Origin: Leptogorgia sarmentosa
Taxonomy: Eukaryota
Direction: 5' to 3'
NCBI GenBank assembly: GCA_964658305.1
Contig: OZ210884.1
Coordinates: 7,874,001-7,938,000 of the forward strand
Length of the DNA stretch: 64,000 nt
Shown: piece by piece, positions 11,001 to 21,100 of the stretch
Layout of the letters: each line of letters begins with the position of its first letter
Numbering within the stretch: position 1 is the stretch's first letter
Program-made: the position numbers and the translations under genes
Notes under the pieces: model-generated
Told to the model about the DNA's origin: nothing
The model's input: the letters and a program-made list of their open reading frames with translations, nothing else
Databases searched by the model: none

Positions 11001-14000
11001 CCTACAACGTAAACTCATACACTTGATCGCGCTTAACATCGGTAATGCTGTGTCAAGAAATCACAAGCACGTATTAGAATTAAAACAACACAACGTCACA
11101 TTCACGGCCGTACTTTCCTTTAATATATAAATGTCGAAATGTTAGTTGTATTTTTCAGGGACCGATTGTATATTCCCCGAGCCACGGCGGGAAGCGCCGT
11201 CCGGGCGTTAGCCCGGGGCGAGGGTAATAATTCCGCTTAGCGGAGTCCAAAGTTGCTCGATTTGGCCGCCATTTTGGGTCATCGTGCATCGTAGGTCATC
11301 ACTGATCTCTAAAATATAGCGGACTATCATGAATAGCCGAAGCTTTTTAGAGTTTTCAAGGAGCTTCTTAAAGCTTTGGAAAGGGGAAACAAAGACAAGA
11401 TCTGTGCGTAAGACTTAAAAAGCCCTCTTAGATGATATAAAACGCTGAGAAATGGGACGAAACGACTATGGATTGAAACACAGGATAAGTTTGTCAATAT
11501 ATTGTCGGCAGTGAACTTTTGTTTTGCGTATATTTACTATTTGTATGAAAGGTCGCCGGCCGTAGCCGCATTTAATCTATTAACCGTTCAATTCCAGAGT
11601 ATCAGTTTACGTTTTTAAATGCAAGTCTTCACAAAATATTTACAAATTTTACCATAAAACGAGCGAACATTGGCCGGAAACTCATATATCAAAGACTGAC
11701 TTGAATATTTAAATAAAAAGTTTCATGCAAATAAATGCAGTATTTCGCAATAAATTCAAGTTTATCATAGTCTTAATAACGTACGGATAACAAATGGTTC
11801 GCCAAATTAAAAAAATGCCAATAAAACCAAGATAAAAGCTGATATTTTGATTATTTGGTTAGTAAGGCGAGGGGTTGTTGCATATATGTATTTCTAGTAA
11901 CGTAGTTGAAGTTGAATATAGTCAGTGCGAAAATTAACTAATCAGAAATGCGTCTTTTAGAGTTAACTATGGTGGTATACCACTTAGCTAACTACGAAAC
12001 GGCTATAGTTAAAATGTAGTAAAACTGTTATTGTCGGCGAAATTAAACATGCTTAAAGTTTTTTAGAATTTCTCTATTCAGGAAAAAAACCATGCATCGG
12101 ATCGGATCGGATAGTATCGGAGTATACACTCGTTTTCATCATTAGCTAATTATCCATATCACTGGAAATAAAAGTTAACTAGAAATACATATATGCAACA
12201 ACCCCTCGCCTTACTAGCCAAATAATCAAAATATCAGCTTTTATCTTGGTTTTATTGGCATTTTTTTAATTTGGCGAACCATTTGTTATCCGTACGTTAT
12301 TAAGACTATGATAAACTTGAATTTATTGCGAAATACTGCATTTATTTGCATGAAACTTTTTATTTAAATATTCAAGTCAGTCTTTGATATATGAGTTTCC
12401 GGCCAATGTTCGCTCGTTTTATGGTAAAATTTGTAAATATTTTGTGAAGCCTTGCATTTAAAAACGTAAACTGATACTCTGGAATTGAACGGTTAATAGA
12501 TTAAATGCGGCTACGGCCGGCGACCTTTCATACAAATAGTAAATATACGCAAAACAAAAGTTCACTGCCGACAATATATTGACAAACTTATCCTGTGTTT
12601 CAATCCATAGTCGTTTCGTCCCATTTCTCAGCGTTTTATATCATCTATGAGGGCTTTTTAAGTCTTACGCACAGATCTTGTCTTTGTTTCCCCTTTCCAA
12701 AGCTTTAAGAAGCTCCTTGAAAACTCTAAAAAGCTTCGGCTATTCATGATAGTCCGCTATATTTTAGAGATCAGTAATGACCTACGATGCACGATGACCC
12801 AAAATGGCGGCCAAATCAGGCAAACTTTGGACTCCGCTAAGCGGAATTATTACCCTCGCCTCGGGCTAACGCCCGGACGGCGCTTCGCGCCGTGGCTCGG
12901 GGAATATACAGCACTTCAACAACTATATTTACTTCAACTCTATCGTAGGACCACAGGTTCAAACTGAATCGTGAAACTGGTACCGAAAGCCCATTCGCGG
13001 GTTCAATTTTGTTCCTATCCTGTGCAACCCCATGCTTGCTATCTCGAGTGGAAAGAGGAAAACGAAGAAATGGAAGCAAAATAATAACTCAGTATAGAAT
13101 GAAAGCCATTTATCTAGGGGCAATTATATTCGGAACTAACATCATATCTTCGTAAAAGGAAAAGACTACTGTACGTTAAGTATCATAATAATATAATAGA
13201 CATGCAAAGGCAGACGTAATTTATGCCTATAGTTGTAACTCATACCCCTCCTGATCTATTAATCAAACTCACCATTTCTTATCTTAGTGTTGTTGACAAT
13301 ACCAGCTGTTCTCAAAGACGAAGTCCCTGTAGCCCCGCGAAAACATTGTATAGCCAAAAAGAACAAACTTAATGCATTTGGATTCAGAAGGGAGGGGGCA
13401 TTATTTTATTCCCGGATGGGGGAGGGGAATCATGTATATATGATCATGCTTTAATTATCTAAACAAAGCATTTTCAAAAAATTGCTCCTAATCACAGGAC
13501 CGGCACCTAATTTCAAGATACGTACTGGTTTTAATATTTACTGTACTTGTGACTGACTGGTTTATTGAGGTTGTCATCTGGACAGGTGTATTTCGTGTAA
13601 GTATGCTGACGGTGCCTACAACATAAAATCATACAAAGAAAAATTGCATCGTGTAACAGCGCCTTTAGGGCAAAGGCAGGCTATTACCTTTAATCAAACT
13701 AATAATATTCAAACTCACCACTATTTATTTCAGTATTAGTGCAGCTGCTGACAATACCAGCTGTTCTCAAAGTCGAATTCCCGGCAGTAATGCCTTTATG
13801 GTAGTGAAAAAACATACGTTTTAGAGCTCTCGTTAAAACCATATACACTCGATGGAATGGAAACGCAAGGCGAACATATCACGCAAACAATTGAACGTAC
13901 GTTTCAATTTAGGCCGAAAAGTAAACATTCTCTATACAATAGTTAATTATTATTCGTGAAACGAAAAACCGCTGAATGTACACATTCTGTGAGAAAAAAA

Positions 14001-15870
14001 GACTTATCTACAGGGCCGGATTTATCACTTTTGGGCTTACAGGCCAAGTGCATGTGACGTAACATTTCAAGTAAACATATTATATCTATAAACCAGTATT
14101 ATAAATTATATTATGTGGAACATAACAAATTTTTGAGATTCATCCTATAAAATGAGAATGTTAGATGGAGCATTTTATGAACATAATATATAGATCCAGT
14201 GGGCCACAAAATAGAAAACGCATCTGAGAGACGAAGACCGAGTTACACTGCCAACCGTGCGGGCGAAATTTAATAGCGTGAGTTATATTTGCTGAAACCC
14301 TGTTCACATGAGCCCGGGACAACATGTTATCCCGGGACATTTTTCTGTCCCGGGGAAAAAATTGTCCCTACCCGTTATGTAAAATAGGTTCTGTTCACAT
14401 GACATTTCAACTTGTCCCGGATTGAAAACTGCCGCCTCTGAGGACAGGGACACTCGCCTTACCGAGCTATTTTTGCATTGACTAACATATTTTAAATTGC
14501 ATATTCCTTAGACTTTCAAATCGTTTCAGTTTAGCGCTAAAACTGTACTCAATAAATTTCGCAAATTTTTGAGTACTTGTCACGGGCAAGACAACTCATT
14601 GTGCCGGGGTAAAATGTTGTCCCGAGCTCATGTGAACGAACCCTTAGTATAATACCTGTCACAATGACTTTTACTATGAAAATATGTTGAGGATAAAATT
14701 TGTCGTCCGGAGTGTTCCTTCGAGCTGATCGTATTCTTGCTTTCAAATATCCATGATATTCCATGGTAGCATTGCGTACCGTCAGTTCGCACCAAGACGG
14801 CGTACAAACGGCCTCAAAGCCGGGTCGATCATCAAGGACGAAAGGAAAATTTGTGTTCACTCCATATACTGCACCCAGAGTCGCATTTTCAAGGAACCAA
14901 ATAACAACTTCGACTTCATCAGGTGGAGTACATTTATAGCTGGCTTTCACTGAAAAGCTCGATCCAATTGGGACGTATAGAGTGTAGTTGGACTTGCCGG
15001 TGATCATGCAAGAATCTAACGGAATGTAATGGACCGATTGCATAATAGAGAAGCAGAGAGAAATTTTAAAAAAATCGAACTAGTACAATTCATTACATTT
15101 ACAACAGCATTAAAAAGCATCCCAAAGTGAGTAAATCCACAAAATTTGGGTGCGAAATGTTGTAAAATATTGAAAATCGAAAATTCAAAGTAGTGAAATT
15201 TTCTATATAAAGTCAGTTCGTTCACGGAAACCATAGGCAGCCCAGTGATTTGGGGTTTTATTTATGTTAACTAAGGTTGAATAGGGCTATTTCATCATCC
15301 TTAGTTGTCTATATGCGTGCGCCGACAATACGGTCACCGCGTATGTAATTAATAGTTATAATAATTGACAATTATTATAACTATTAATTACATAATTATT
15401 ATAATAATTGTCAATTATTATAACTATTAATTACATACGCGAGTGACCGTATTGTCGGCGCACGCATATAGACAACTAAGGATGATGAAATAGTCCTATT
15501 CAACCTTAGTTAACATAAATAAAACCCCAAATCACTGGGCTGCCTATGCGGAAACTAGGTATAATATCACTCATGTCTTGCTCACGTGTCTGGTTTGTAT
15601 AATTGAATACAGAGCTCTCTCTTAAGGTGTGTTCCGGGTCGTGAACATTCGTGACTGGTTTTATACTCGTTCACATATCCATCAAAAGGAGGAAATCGCA
15701 CTGAGGGAAATTGCTCGTGTGGACGGCCTTTATACTAATGAATCAAAATTGATAATTTAAAGAAAATATTAAATTATTCTCTTACCAAGCATACCGTTGA
15801 TAACATGCAGCATCGTCAACAGCCCAACGCATCTCGCTAGAATACCACGGTTGATGAAAATCAACTTCAT
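8079..15870 (-). CDS. Secreted or cell-surface protein: signal peptide + atypical Ig V-like domain + mucin-like Thr/Ser-rich stalk (3' end uncertain)
   Basis: Exons (minus): 15870-15786 (MKLIFINRGILARCVGLLTMLHVINGML), 15015-14656 (Ig-like), 13793-13719, 13615-13526, 13326-13273, 11001-10924, 10817-10740, 10635-10558, 10453-10376, 10272-10195, 10091-10014, 9909-9832, 9457-9384 (74 nt, in-frame TAA), 8405-8328, 8153-8079. Internal exons are AG/GT bounded and, except the 74-nt one, phase 1-1 and open. Confidence 0.75.
9822..10923. repeat. Tandem repeat, 181-184-bp unit, 6 copies; each unit is a 78-nt exon plus intron on the minus strand
   Basis: Near-identical units. Minus strand reads ttatgttgtag|GTACCATGAGC...GTAAAAAGCA|gtacgt in five units; the last unit's exon starts ATACC. 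Confidence 0.95.
11167..12910. mobile_element. Foldback element with ~732-bp inverted arms and a 279-bp spacer
   Basis: 11167-11898 is the reverse complement of 12178-12910 with only a handful of mismatches. No ORF of note. The terminal ~65 bp recur at 6376-6413/7100-7121. Confidence 0.9.
14296..14645. mobile_element. MITE-like element (PIF/Harbinger-like termini)
   Basis: Inverted ends gttcacatgagcccgggacaac / gttgtcccgagctcatgtgaac. Confidence 0.6.
15232..15548. mobile_element. Palindromic MITE with 7-bp TSD, CA...TG termini (P-like)
   Basis: Near-perfect 317-bp hairpin CATAGGCAGCCCAGTG...CACTGGGCTGCCTATG. TSD CGGAAAC at 15225-15231 and 15549-15555. Confidence 0.88.
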
Positions 15871-16302
15871 ATTTCAATGTCTGCCAAACTGACAAGAAAA
15901 GGTTCCGCATCTTCACATTTTTGCTAATAATCTAGGTTAGTCTTCTAGAATTTATAGCGTAACCCCTTCCTCTCCTTTGGGCCAGTATAAATGAGAGTCG
16001 GGATGGGACAATTGCTGGGGCGGAATAATTGTCGAGAACGAAAAAGTGACCTCTGTATAAATCAGCTTTTTTGTTGTCAAACGTGCGTTGTTATCCCTTT
16101 GAGAATATAGTTGAATGGCTCATGTGAACGACAGACGTATTTATTTCAGCACGCGCTTTTGTTGCTGTTCGTCAGAAACTAATTTAAATTTCCAGAGGTG
16201 CAATAACCCGAGATCAACAACAAACGAGTGTTTCTATAGAGGTCACTTTTTTGAGGGACACCCAGTATAGTTAAGGCGAGAAATTTTAGCCCCGTTTCGT
16301 TA

Positions 16303-17040
16303 TAGTGGCTATTTACATGAACCCTATAGGGAGGGCCGGCCCTACTAGGCGAGACCCGCATGCTATTAGAAATCCTTATAATATTTATAAAATAATATAA
16401 TATAATATTTATATAATATAATATTATTTAATATAATATAATATTTAGAAAATATTTATAAAGTTTGTGGTTTCACTTTGCACCACGTAATTTTATTATC
16501 GCAAAGCTTTTGATCCGTATAGGCCCGGATTATTGGCACTGATGAAGATCCGGGCTTACGGATCGTGTTTAGTACTGTTTACACGAGACTTTCGAAGAGG
16601 GCTGGCTCGCCAAAACAAACTACTGGTCTCATTGCTATAAATAGCAATATTTTCTTACAAACGGGAAATGCACACTTTTGAAAGCTAATTTCACAGTTAT
16701 AACTCACAGAATCGTTTACTGAGACTTTTTAAGATTGAAATATGTCGAAAAAATCTAATTCGCAGCAGTATATTCGCGCGAAAAGCGAAATAACACCCAG
16801 CCCGCTTAGGCGAGCCAGACCGGGCAATTGCGTTTATATGGAAAACTTCCAGCTCGGCGCTCGCCTAGGCCGGCGGGATCCCGCTTTCTTTGGCAAAGCG
16901 AGATCTCGCCTAAGCGGGCCAGCCCGGTTCCCATATAAACGCAAGATGAATATTACTATAAATTATATTGTGACATTAGATCTCGCTTCAAGCGAGCCTG
17001 GTTACCCGGGCTTGCTCGCCTCCATATAAACACCCCCTCA
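16303..17040. mobile_element. Degraded Harbinger-like non-autonomous element
   Basis: Ends gtggctatttacatg / catataaacacccc, with GC-rich internal repeats (ggcgag/ctcgcc). Confidence 0.5.
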
Positions 17041-17460
17041 CTACATAGACGAACTTTTAAGCTGCTAGTTCGCCCGGACAATTATTAATTATATTCATCC
17101 GACCGTCTCCAGTGTAAACACTGCCAATAGTTTATACATTTGCTTGATATCTTTTACTTACTTGATATCTTTACGTTTGTCAAACCTCTGTTGCCCCAAT
17201 CTCGTACCCTGAGCCTGCGATCTTCGTTTGGGGCAACAGAGGTTTTACAAACGTAGGCGGTAGGTCTAATCAGGCCCGTTTCCGCCACGTATTTGTAATA
17301 ATTAACCACGATAATTGAAACGTAACGACTAACAATAGTAATAAGATGAAAATCAATTTCACACCTTCGTGTTTTTATTTGTTTTAATTTGAGGAGTTTT
17401 GCACTCAAAGTTCTCACTAGGGCTTATATACTGAGAGAAATGCAGAGAGATATCTGTTTT

Positions 17461-17524
17461 CAACCTCGTGTCCAGGGTCTTGATCCTCGCTCGAGCGAGG
17501 ATCAAGACCCTGGGTACGAGGTTG
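17461..17524. mobile_element. 64-bp hairpin mini-MITE with 9-bp TSD
   Basis: CAACCTCG...CGAGGTTG palindrome flanked on both sides by ATCTGTTTT. Confidence 0.85.
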
Positions 17525-20100
17525 ATCTGTTTTCTTTTCTTTCTTGTATCTTTGTGTATTCTAACATAATTTTAAAATTTGGGAATCTGTCGATAAAATA
17601 TGGGCGTGGGACTGCCAAATTTTCACACCTATATGTTTATTCAATCTATGATAAAGCCCTTTGCTTTTATTGACTTTAACAACTCGCTCGGTGGCGCTAA
17701 ATTTATAAAGGATTAGGAAAAAACTTTGCAAATGAGTTTGTTTATAATGCATGTCTTTGTTTCAAGATTTGAGTGCATGGCTACAGCAGCTGCCAAATGA
17801 AGAATAATAAAGTTTCTGTCAACGTGTGAATTTTCGATAAAGGTAACCAGGAACATCATAATTGTGTGAGAGAATTGAGTGAAATCCGTTTATTTTACTA
17901 CGCACGTATTATGTTTACAAGATATTGTAAAAGTTGTTCTTTAGTTGACCTTGGTATTTCAAAGGGGAGCCCTTGAACCCCCTGGTCGTTTGTCAACTAT
18001 TCCGTCTATTCGCCCACCCCCACTCCGAGATAATCACCGTTCACTGTTATATTTTTACTCTTACTTAACACATGTTAATTATTTTTCACAAGTATTTTTT
18101 ATCAAAAGATACAGTCTTCCGCTACCAAACCTGAGAAGTTCAATAGAAAGCATGAATAGAAAAAGGCACAAACAAAACAAAAATTCTACCACTATCCCAC
18201 AGGGAATGCTCTCACTTCCATCTCAGCTTTTCATTTTCGTAGAGGACTGGGATCGGCTTTAGGACTGGACTGCTCAATGCAGCCTGAAATAAAGTTAGTT
18301 ACCTCAGCCTTTGGCTCCGACAAATAACACAAACCTAGGCCTTAATAATTCAGCATATCCTACTAGAACCGTATTCAATAATTGTTTTATTATTTATTTG
18401 TATCTTTATCGGACTTAAGGTAAAAGCATTGTACACAAGAACTTTTCTTTGAGAAAGTCATTTGTATTTTTCAGCTTTTGGCATAAGCAGCATATGTAGC
18501 TATAATATCGTATATGGATTTTCAATATACGACATAATTACGGCAAAATGTCGCATATGACGATCTCACCCACTGCTCCTCTTAACCAATCAAAACTCTT
18601 GAATTATTACAAATAAATAATAATATCTATTACGTCATGTTATATTGAAAGTTACTTCCCGGCCCGGCCATATCTGCCATGGTCCATTTCATATAAACAT
18701 ATACAGCTCAGCTTCGGCAGTACCAAATTTTCCGGGAATTTCCAAAATAAAAGGCCGCACATTTTTGCACTCAGTATTTCCGGACTATCCGGTGAGGGGC
18801 GAACGTCATCAAACAAATAGCCAATAAGAAACCGAAATAACCAGGGAGAACCAATCAGAAGCCGATGAGAATATTCAAAACTTTTTCCGCGCACAATGGT
18901 GTGACGTCAAGCTGCTGGGGGTCTTCGAAGTCAGAATTTTTCAAACTTCGTTCGAAGAAGACGTTCGTTTGAGTCTTCACCGTGGAAAAAGCCGACCAAA
19001 ACTGATGAGAAATTGCACATGATGTCAAGAATTTGGTCGCAAAGTGTAGCTGCTTTCATGAAAAAGGTAGACATTCACATTGTGCGTTTAGTTGTTTGTA
19101 TATTTTTGTTGTTTGTCGCTCTGCGCGAATTCCCAACCTATACTTCGTATTACGATTCGGCAGTAAATTTACGACGTTTAATTTGAATATTTGCCTTCTT
19201 TCTTTCTTCTTAGACGTGGTTAACTTCCATAATGGTTCAGAGGTTTTGAAAAGGTAAAATTTTAAGAAACGTTCGGCGTACGTACGCCTTTTATAGCTTC
19301 GTACGTGTTTGTGAAATTTTGCGAGTGTTGTTCCGTGATTTATTGTTCTCTAAAATGTTCGCTAAAATGTTTTTTCTTTTACTTTTTCCATAGCAAACAC
19401 AGATGACATGCTCTCTGTCGCAATGAGGTAAAATTCAGATACTTTTACAGTATTTCAGAGCAGTTTTAGCGTTCGAAATGTCGTGCGAAGACTCGAAGTA
19501 TTTTGGCAAAGGCGCCGACATGCCATTCCAGACTTCGTGACGGCGTTTGCTGTTTCTAATTTCACTTATGTGCAAATATTTATTGATTTACGTCGCTATT
19601 TATTGATTTAATTCGCTATTATGATGTTTAAAGTTAAAATAAAAAGACTTTGAGCGATTTTTCGTGCGTTTCGAGTGAGAAAAGCATGTGTGACGTCACT
19701 TGTTTATCAGTTTATGAACTATGACGCACTTCAGGGATTTTGAAGTCACACCCATCTGGGATTTCAAAAGCGTCGTAATTCGTAAACAACAAAATTTTGT
19801 GTGAAAAAACAACGCAAAAAAGCCATTTTTAATAGTGTGACCCTGTGGTGTTAAATATCTATAGGATAAAATTTTTTCTTCTTCAATTGTTTTGCTTTTG
19901 AAAGTTGTTTTTCACCATCATTTTAATGTCTTCTTTTAAAAGTCTATTGGTTTACCCTATATTTTCGAAACTTTTACAAACATTCAAAAATAATATGTAA
20001 TTATTAAGTTTTTATAGAAACTTGTTACTGCAACAAATACTAATATACTATAAATTTAGTGTAATTCAAAAGTTCACGGGCCAAGTCTCCTGAGCCGGTT

Positions 20101-20388
20101 CAGGGACGTAGGGAGGATTTTTTTGCAGGAGGGCAGCAGCGGACCCATGGTAAAGTCAATATCCAAGCTCTGTTGGTGCGGGCATTGGAGAGGGGTCCGG
20201 GGCATTCTCCGCCGGGGGAAACATTTTGAAATTTGAAATGAAGTACATTTTTAAGGTGGGGATCAAACGAAAAAGTAAGTTTAAATATTTATAGACGTTA
20301 AGTGACATAATAATTCCAAGCGAATTTTTCTTTGGGCAACTGCCCGTGTCGACCACCCCCCCCCCCCCCCCTTCCGTCTACGGCCCTG
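20101..20388. mobile_element. hAT-like MITE nested in the terminus of another MITE
   Basis: CAGGGACGTAG...CTACGGCCCTG. Flanks AGCCGGTT/AGCCTGTT (7/8 TSD). It interrupts a ccggttgtatcaaaggcgtttagcttaaac terminus like that at 22221. Confidence 0.7.
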
Positions 20389-20459
20389 AGCCTGTTGTAT
20401 CAAAGGCGTTTAGCTTAAACAATGGATAAGTCGACAATATCAAACGAAAGTGTGAACTA

Positions 20460-20790
20460 TTGTCTATTGACTACAAGGAAACTAAACTGGCACGGTTGAG
20501 GACGGACCCTGAAGGCGTTCTCATCCTCGACGTGTACGATGTGGACCAGTATGGACGTCTGCTGGCGAACGTCCGTGGTGTTCGTGTGGGTGCAGAGCAA
20601 AACATCTTGGCCCGGAGGACATTGGCCGAAGAATGCGTGGCTGCCGGCTGGGCCTTCACAACGCCACTCCACATCCTCCCCGATTGCGTGGATTAGACCA
20701 AGCGACGAACAACAGGGCCGGAGGGTGGGGCCTCGAAACACCTGAGCGCTCATTCCAACGACCGTGAGCAGATCAACCGTGAGGGACGAC
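20460..20790 (+). pseudogene. Decayed staphylococcal nuclease (thermonuclease/SNase)-like fragment
   Basis: Translation contains DVDQYGRLLANV and LAEECVAAGWA. After a stop and frameshift it continues QATNNRAGGWG. GC-rich relative to the flanks. Confidence 0.6.
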
Positions 20791-21100
20791 GACGCGTAAC
20801 CATACACACGCACAAAATTTCAAGCAAGTGAAAAATTGAACCAGACTGATGTAAAAAGGTAAGCTTTTTAATAAGGCTCACGTTATCACTAAACGATTAA
20901 GCGTAACTTACACACGAATATAATAGATTATAATGGACAATTTGTTAATTGCATCGTTAGAAAGTGAGAATAACTTAAATTACTTGCTGCTTATTGATGT
21001 TCTTATTCGCTACCTACACACTACTATTGAAGGATCAAAAAATCATTATGCATAAAAGTTATTATTAAAAATTCTGTACATAAAAGTTAACCAAAAGGCT

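Noticed and set aside
16500..16570. Hammerhead-like CTGATGAAG hairpin
   Set aside because: The GAAA half of the catalytic core is missing after the stem; at most a repeat relic.
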